From the IMG/VR virus record IMGVR_UViG_3300021093_000006: a stretch of 64,000 nt of DNA; one strand, 5' to 3'. Under the pieces are notes generated by a model. It made no database searches and was not told the origin of the DNA. It was given only the letters and a program-made list of their open reading frames with translations. This document shows positions 57,389 to 64,000 of the stretch, one piece after another (the stretch's first letter is position 1; each line of letters starts with the position of its first letter). This DNA is from a virus. Both the position numbers and the translations under genes were made by a program.

Positions 57389-58912
57389 TTATCTAACTAA
57401 ATAAAGTGCAATTTCATCATTTATATCTTCCATTTTAATCCATCTAGAAGGTATTTGTTGATTTTTAAGAATTCTTATCTGCCCTAATAAACCTACAATA
57501 TTCCATTCAGGTCTTTCTGATCTAGGAATATACGGTATATTAGGATTGTATTTAACTGATATTTTCTTAACTGTTTGAGTGGTTTTTTTATATATAATTT
57601 TATTTTTCGAATCCACCCCAACAGGAATTTCTGCCTCAACATCTTCCATAATATGTCTACCCCATTCATCTTTTTCGTATTTATCGATCCACTCATCGGC
57701 AGTACCTTCTTCTGCATTCCCTAATATCAAAGGCTTAGATGAAATTACCCCTATTGCGTTATTTGGGTTTTCACAAACTTTTATTTTTTTACCTACTAAT
57801 TCTACTACCGTACCAAAAGGTAATGAATCACCTGATAACGATTCAAAATATTCAGCATAGTCAGCAGAAGACATTGTTAATGTTCCAGCAATATTTAAAT
57901 TACCATTACTACTAACCCTTAAAAGATTTGCCCTAGCAACATTTGACGTTCCCCCACCTATTATAAAATATTGGCTTGCATTTGAGGTATTATTAAATCT
58001 ACCTGACACATGCTGGTAATCTTCGTAAGCGATGGTACCTATACCCTCAGCATGAGAATATAATCCTGATGCCGTTGTTTCACTACCTTCAGCGTGAGAA
58101 TAATCTCCTGATGCAATTGTTAAATACCCTTCAGCATGAGAACTTGTTCCAGAAGCAATTGTTAATCCACCTTCAGCGTGAGAACTTGTTCCAGAAGCAA
58201 TTGTTAAATACCCTTCAGCGTGAGAATAATCTCCTGATGCAATTGTTAAATACCCTTCAGCGTGAGAATAATCTCCTAATGCAATTGTTTCACTACCTTC
58301 AGCGTGAGAACTTGTTCCAGAAGCAATTGTTAAATACCCTTCAGCGTGAGAATAATCTCCTGAAGCAGTAACTCCGTCACCAAATGAAAAACTTAATATT
58401 CCCGTTGATGTTGATCCGATAGACCGAACTTCATCATGTACAGTTATCGGTGAGCATCCGTGTAAATTTGTTAAATATAAATCAGTTATACATGTTGCAG
58501 AAGTATTTCCAGTAAACGTTCCACTTCCACCAGATGATGTAACTCCTGTAACTTGAAAACTATTATTTTGATTATTAGTAAATGTTAATGTCCCGCTAGA
58601 ATATGTACCACCCGTAACGTAAGTATCACCAGTTATCTGAACACCGTTAACTAATAAATTAGTGGTAGATATAGTATTCGCAGTTAATCCATTTGTAAAA
58701 TTTGTTGCCCCCGATACTGTTCCACCACTTAAAGGTAAATAATTACCTGTTACTGTTCCACCACTAATAGAAGATAATAATACCCCAATAGTTGATGCAT
58801 ATGAAGAACCCGCAGGATTTTGTGAAGTATCACCTGTTTTCACTACATGAATAAGATCGTTTAATCCTACACTGTTAGTTATTATTCTATCGGTTAGTCT
58901 TTGTTTTGCCAT
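57389..58912 (-). CDS. Tail fibre with YadA/Hep_Hag-like SHAEG repeats and C-terminal peptidase G2-type autocleavage domain
   Basis: 8 SHAEG repeats; DYAEYFE...EWNIVGLLGQI. Confidence 0.85.
   Translation of the reverse strand: MAKQRLTDRIITNSVGLNDLIHVVKTGDTSQNPAGSSYASTIGVLLSSISGGTVTGNYLPLSGGTVSGATNFTNGLTANTISTTNLLVNGVQITGDTYVTGGTYSSGTLTFTNNQNNSFQVTGVTSSGGSGTFTGNTSATCITDLYLTNLHGCSPITVHDEVRSIGSTSTGILSFSFGDGVTASGDYSHAEGYLTIASGTSSHAEGSETIALGDYSHAEGYLTIASGDYSHAEGYLTIASGTSSHAEGGLTIASGTSSHAEGYLTIASGDYSHAEGSETTASGLYSHAEGIGTIAYEDYQHVSGRFNNTSNASQYFIIGGGTSNVARANLLRVSSNGNLNIAGTLTMSSADYAEYFESLSGDSLPFGTVVELVGKKIKVCENPNNAIGVISSKPLILGNAEEGTADEWIDKYEKDEWGRHIMEDVEAEIPVGVDSKNKIIYKKTTQTVKKISVKYNPNIPYIPRSERPEWNIVGLLGQIRILKNQQIPSRWIKMEDINDEIALYLVR
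58025..58360 (-). repeat. Eight 42-nt (14-aa) tandem repeats
   Basis: G(DY/TS/LY)SHAEG plus a 6-aa variable half. Confidence 0.9.
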
Positions 58913-58954
58913 TTTATTCTTTTATTTATAAATATTATCTTTACAACATTATTA

Positions 58955-61900
58955 CTAACAATTATGAATTAATTCTTGATTATAAAAAGGACCACCCTCT
59001 TCCCAATCTGGATCACCCAAAATAGTAACATTTCCTTCATATTCATTACTATCATAAATCTGTGTAATAAAAACTGTATTATAATCACTAATTAATGTAT
59101 TCGCTTTTCTAACACATTTATCATATTTATTCCTAAGTCCCGCAATAAAGTTTCTTTGTCTTTCATATGATGTAGTACCTGGCGTAAAATTAGAAAGATT
59201 ATTTTGCGCCTGTATCAATGATTGTGTTATGCCACTACAACTCATAAAATTATTTAAATAATTATTTTGTTGTTCTATATATTCAGTCTCTAACTGAGAT
59301 AGGTTATCTAATAACTCAGTTAATTGATTATTAAGTTGTGTTATTAAATTATTTTTTTCACTTATCTCTAAATTAATTTCTGAAATACTAACACTTAAAT
59401 TAGGTGTATTAGTATCCTGTAAATTTAAAGAACATAATTTACTATTTAATAAATTTAATTGTTGGTTTGCAATCGCAATTTCAATCTCTTTATTACGTAT
59501 TTGATTTTTAATGTTATTTATCTCATCACTAGTCGGATATATTGGTTTTTGTTCTACTAAAGAATACAAAGTTTCTTCACCTATACTGAAATCAGTTTGG
59601 GCACTTAAAGGACAATCATTTTCAACATCAATAAAATTTAAACTATATTTTTTATATTTAAATTTATTTTGATCAAATATAGTATTCCTATAAATTTTAC
59701 CCGAATTATCACAACCTTCCCATATTGTAGTTGCAGGAACTACTTGCTCAATTAAATCTAACCAATAGTCACCAATTTTATCCATAAATTCAAACATCGT
59801 ATCATATGTAAATTTACCCGATAAATCTTTACCACAATTACTAGCGTTTAAGTACAATTCGTAGAATAATCTAAGTAATGGGTAATCACTTATAGTTTGT
59901 CTACTTTTGACATCAATTAAATTACGTAAAACCATTTGATCAAATACATCCTTAACCATTATAGTAGTTGGGTCAGTATCAAAATAATCTAATGGGTTAA
60001 TACAAACTGAATATGTATTATTAGTAGTAACACCTGAAACACATTCTTTCATTTTACCACAATACTCACAATCACCTTTACAATTTGCACACTCATCAAT
60101 ATCCCTCCAATAACAAACTTCATTAAGTTCATCCCAACGATAATTTTTACCTAAACCTAATCCATCTACACCAGTATCATTTAATAATTTATTAATAGAT
60201 AAACAACATTCTTTTGTGATTTCACTACTTTGATTAAATGTTTGTGCGGTTATTCCTACCCCAATTTGTTGTTCAACACCACCAGTATAAAGTGGTGTAC
60301 CTGAATAAACATATATTTCAAATAAATTAATTGTCCCATCACTGTCCTCAACAATAAGACTAAATAAATTATCTAAATTTTTATTATTGTTTAGAACTAA
60401 AATATCACTATTACAACTATCTTTATCTATATAAAATTTAGAAAGTGTTTCACCTTTATCTAATAAATCGTAATAGTTGACATTAAGGGATTCAGAATAA
60501 TTACCTGTTAATGAATAATAATCATTTTTTAACTCTAATAATTGATTTTGTAAAACATCAGTAAATGTCTCACAACTAAATGGTATACTACTAGATGTGG
60601 ATGCACCTAAATCAATAGTATAATTTGTGAGTGTATTATTAATATTTAATACACCATTAAAATTAATGTAGGTAGATATTTGATCTTGAAAAATGTATTC
60701 TTCTGCCTGTTGGAATAACATATCTTCTCCCGATTGGAATATCTTATTATCTGTTTCACAATTTGTAGGGCAGTTATCACAATCTATTTTTTTCCAAAAA
60801 TTAAATACGTCACACTCAATTGATTTTGCTGGATCAATACTAAATGTTGTATTTTTAACATTTAAAATTAAATCAGAATGGTATACATCATAATTAGTAT
60901 AACGATATTCTAATTCAGTCCATAATCTATCTTCTGGACTACTGAATTTAACAATCTCATAGTTATTTGTTGATGCAGTGTTACATTCACCATCAGGATA
61001 AACAGTTTCTTTTTTAACACCACCTTCATAATACACCCAAGATTTTTTATTGTCAATAACACAACTCAATTGTGGTATCATACAATCATTTATGGATAAT
61101 ATTCTATTAGTTTTACAATCAGAAACATTAACCATTATATTATCCACTAATAGACAAACATTACATTCATAGTTTTCTATTTCTATAGAGAAAAAGAACT
61201 CTTTATTCGGATATAATCTCCTTAAATCATCACATACACATTCAGGAATAGTAAAATTAAATGTTTTCCAATCTGGTTCAAATAAATTACTGTTATATAC
61301 TATATTTTGTGAAGATAATTGACTGAATATAGAGTCTTCTATTTGTGCCAATAATTGTTCGTCACCATCTATAATAATACCACTATAACCTTGTGTCGGA
61401 TCAAACTCCCAAATAGGGTTCACCGATTGTGTGTATGGTAAATATGTTAAGTTTGTATCAACACTATTTTGAGTAGTTATATTATTATTATCAACAAATA
61501 ATTTAAAATTTATTTTTAAATCATCAATGTAATTTAAATAATTGTTATTATTTGTTTCCTCATATAACTCATAATTACTTAATAATGTATTATACCAATT
61601 GTTATAACATTCCTCAACCTTTAATCCTATATTTAATAATATTTCATTTACTTCTTCTAGATATTTTTCTAATTCTATTAATATATTAGAATCACAACAT
61701 ATATTATTAATTGTAACTAAAATACATTGTTTTTGAGAGGAATCATAAATTGACTCAACACCAGTAACTTCTTTAGTACAACATTCTACAGAAATTGTTT
61801 CACCATTACTTAATATTACCCCATTTGGTGTAATAGCGATACTATTAAGTGGATATAAGGTATTACAATTTACCGCAAAATTATCTATTTCTTCTGGTTC

Positions 61901-64000
61901 AAGTGCAATAACTACACCTGTACCACCTACAGGCCCTACAGGACCTACAGGTCCTACAGGTCCTACAGGTCCTACAAGTCCTACAGGTCCTACAGGTCCT
62001 ACAAGTCCTACAGGTCCTACAGGTCCTGCTGGGTTAGTAAGTATACCCGTACCACTCGTTCCGCCACCAGTAGTTATTAAACTCCTAATACCATAACAAG
62101 GTCCTTTTTTATATAATTGTGGATTTGTGCCAGGAATTAAAGTCCAATCTTCATTATAATAAGATGGATCCATAACTGCTCCCGCAGGAGTTGGTCCACT
62201 AGCAGGGTTTATTAAATATTTATATCCATTACCATAATCATAAACATAACTACCTATAGTTAATGTACATCCGTAGACAATAGGTGTTCCACCACCACCT
62301 TTACCCCCACCAGCTACTGTAATAGATTTATAAACATTTTGTTGTTGATTACTATTTTTTTCTATTACCTGTTGATTACTATTATTTTCTTTTAAAAGAG
62401 TTTCTATTTCAGATTTTTCATTAGTTAAAGTATTAATCTGATTTTGATTTTTAGTTAATTCAATATTTAGTCTAACTTTTTGTTTATCAGTAAGTGTTAT
62501 ATAACCACTAGTATCCGTTATACTTTTTTCAGTTACACCTAAAATTTTGGCAGTTCTACTAATAGTGTTTTTTGTATCATTAGATAATAATGTAGATTTT
62601 CGCAATGATTCGTCATAACTTAAAAAACTATTAGCGTTTGTTGTTAATCTATTTATATTAGTTGTTAAATCTTGTATTTGTTTTTCTAATTCAATTATTA
62701 AAACAGAATTATTATCAAATTTTGCCTTTACTAATTGTTCATTTAATTGATTTACATTTACACAATCACTAAACAATTGGGAATAAATGATTATTTGTTC
62801 TTCATTTTCTTTTGTTTTAGAGGAAACACAATTATTATATTCTTTATTTTTAGAACCATCATTTTTTTGATTACCATAAACAATTATGGTACAATAACTA
62901 AAATAATCAAAACTTTTTAATTCTTTTATTTTGTTTTCATAAATACTACAATCCAAACTAGTATCTACATTAGTTAAAGCTTTTTGTAGAACTACAATAT
63001 CACTTTCTTTTTTACTAATAATATTTGTAGTCTGAGCCAATTTATTTTTAAGTGCAGTTTCCTGAGAACTATACACTTGTATTTGTTCATCTTTTTGAGT
63101 ATCTATAAAATTAGTTTCTTTATTTAATTCCACTAATAAAATAGGATCGACACCAATAGGCGTATTAGTAGAATTACCACCACTAACAGGAGAATTAACA
63201 CAATTTGTATTGTATAAATCAATAATTCTATCTATTTCAGATAGTAACTTTTGAAAATCAGAATTAACTTTACTCCATAAACCACACTCTAACGGTAATT
63301 GTAATGAGCATATATTTTGTGTTGTTATATATTCACCATAATTGATTTCACATGCATCTACATTAAAATTAATATTGTAACAATTATCTAATAATAAAAT
63401 TAATTCATTTTTAATTTTAACATACGCCTTTATGTAAGATAAAAGTTCTGAATAATTAAAATTCAATGAATTTAAAAATTCATTCGAAGGATTATTTGAC
63501 AATGTATTATAGTTTTGTATGATAGTATTAACCCAAACTTGATTAGTGGATGCCCATTGATTTACTGAAACTACATTACCCCCAATTCCGATACAACATT
63601 CATTATTTGGTTCTAAGACATTAGTATTTTGCCATATCACATATTCTTCTACAGGATCTAAACTATCATTAAAGTTAGTTTGTAAATTTTGAGATTCTTC
63701 ATCACTATTAGTAAATGCAACAAAATTTAAACAATTTATATTTGTTTTAGTTGCATCATATATTATAGCTGGATGACAAGTTATTTGATCCGCACAATCT
63801 ATTAAATTTTGTGCCTCATATTTTAACATATAGTCAAATGAAAAATCAATAGTACAACTACAATCATCTAATTCAGGTAATTTAAAACCACTCCATTTTT
63901 CACTAGCAAATACAATTGATACGTTATTTATTGCATCGCACGATAATTTTGTAGGGTCAACCGCCGCAGTTATTATACTATTAGGATTTGTCGTATAAGG
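58955..64000 (-). CDS. Very large structural protein (>1680 aa), 5'-truncated by the window
   Basis: Frame is open from 63829 up to 64000 with no stop; Cys-rich, coiled-coil and collagen-like segments. Confidence 0.8.
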   Translation of the reverse strand, partial: PYTTNPNSIITAAVDPTKLSCDAINNVSIVFASEKWSGFKLPELDDCSCTIDFSFDYMLKYEAQNLIDCADQITCHPAIIYDATKTNINCLNFVAFTNSDEESQNLQTNFNDSLDPVEEYVIWQNTNVLEPNNECCIGIGGNVVSVNQWASTNQVWVNTIIQNYNTLSNNPSNEFLNSLNFNYSELLSYIKAYVKIKNELILLLDNCYNINFNVDACEINYGEYITTQNICSLQLPLECGLWSKVNSDFQKLLSEIDRIIDLYNTNCVNSPVSGGNSTNTPIGVDPILLVELNKETNFIDTQKDEQIQVYSSQETALKNKLAQTTNIISKKESDIVVLQKALTNVDTSLDCSIYENKIKELKSFDYFSYCTIIVYGNQKNDGSKNKEYNNCVSSKTKENEEQIIIYSQLFSDCVNVNQLNEQLVKAKFDNNSVLIIELEKQIQDLTTNINRLTTNANSFLSYDESLRKSTLLSNDTKNTISRTAKILGVTEKSITDTSGYITLTDKQKVRLNIELTKNQNQINTLTNEKSEIETLLKENNSNQQVIEKNSNQQQNVYKSITVAGGGKGGGGTPIVYGCTLTIGSYVYDYGNGYKYLINPASGPTPAGAVMDPSYYNEDWTLIPGTNPQLYKKGPCYGIRSLITTGGGTSGTGILTNPAGPVGPVGLVGPVGPVGLVGPVGPVGPVGPVGPVGGTGVVIALEPEEIDNFAVNCNTLYPLNSIAITPNGVILSNGETISVECCTKEVTGVESIYDSSQKQCILVTINNICCDSNILIELEKYLEEVNEILLNIGLKVEECYNNWYNTLLSNYELYEETNNNNYLNYIDDLKINFKLFVDNNNITTQNSVDTNLTYLPYTQSVNPIWEFDPTQGYSGIIIDGDEQLLAQIEDSIFSQLSSQNIVYNSNLFEPDWKTFNFTIPECVCDDLRRLYPNKEFFFSIEIENYECNVCLLVDNIMVNVSDCKTNRILSINDCMIPQLSCVIDNKKSWVYYEGGVKKETVYPDGECNTASTNNYEIVKFSSPEDRLWTELEYRYTNYDVYHSDLILNVKNTTFSIDPAKSIECDVFNFWKKIDCDNCPTNCETDNKIFQSGEDMLFQQAEEYIFQDQISTYINFNGVLNINNTLTNYTIDLGASTSSSIPFSCETFTDVLQNQLLELKNDYYSLTGNYSESLNVNYYDLLDKGETLSKFYIDKDSCNSDILVLNNNKNLDNLFSLIVEDSDGTINLFEIYVYSGTPLYTGGVEQQIGVGITAQTFNQSSEITKECCLSINKLLNDTGVDGLGLGKNYRWDELNEVCYWRDIDECANCKGDCEYCGKMKECVSGVTTNNTYSVCINPLDYFDTDPTTIMVKDVFDQMVLRNLIDVKSRQTISDYPLLRLFYELYLNASNCGKDLSGKFTYDTMFEFMDKIGDYWLDLIEQVVPATTIWEGCDNSGKIYRNTIFDQNKFKYKKYSLNFIDVENDCPLSAQTDFSIGEETLYSLVEQKPIYPTSDEINNIKNQIRNKEIEIAIANQQLNLLNSKLCSLNLQDTNTPNLSVSISEINLEISEKNNLITQLNNQLTELLDNLSQLETEYIEQQNNYLNNFMSCSGITQSLIQAQNNLSNFTPGTTSYERQRNFIAGLRNKYDKCVRKANTLISDYNTVFITQIYDSNEYEGNVTILGDPDWEEGGPFYNQELIHNC
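61928..62026 (-). repeat. Collagen-like G-P/L-V repeat, 11 triplets (9-nt unit)
   Basis: [33 protein letters not shown]. Confidence 0.92.

Noticed and set aside
1-64000. Genome-wide stop-codon reassignment (code 15 or code 4)
   Set aside because: Long genes are intact under code 11. TAG ends convergent genes at 20916-20921 and TGA forms ATGA start/stop overlaps. The three suspect internal stops use three different codons.
1-64000. CRISPR array, diversity-generating retroelement or rRNA
   Set aside because: No regularly spaced repeat-spacer array, reverse transcriptase, TR/VR pair or rRNA-like sequence was seen by eye.

Overview
Very AT-rich, gene-dense segment, almost all on the minus strand, of a large tailed dsDNA phage, standard genetic code. 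The host is most likely in the Bacteroidota: TAnnTTTG promoters, Bacteroidota-type lipoproteins and a Bacteroidota-type sigma-70. 1-25 kb is accessory: small hypothetical genes, an RNA end-healing-like trio (HAD, cyclic-phosphate receiver, metallophosphoesterase), HNH, two orphan DNA methyltransferases, DnaJ and a DUF2828/TROVE-like vWA protein. It also holds three non-coding RNA clusters, each preceded by a boxA-like motif. 25-42 kb has cell-wall hydrolases and probable head-internal proteins. 42-51 kb has the sigma factor, SbcCD/gp46-47-like pair, exonuclease, primase and RuvC-like resolvase. 51-64 kb encodes tail, baseplate and fibre proteins. The most striking signals are non-coding: a tmRNA with a 223-nt group I intron in its T-loop and an atypical 31-aa tag; an unrecognised RNA scaffold present twice with different cargo, each copy downstream of a tRNA-like molecule; a tRNA-shaped RNA with an enlarged anticodon loop; and a ~460-nt multi-hairpin region behind the TROVE-like gene. 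All family assignments are from motif recognition by eye; no database search was run.
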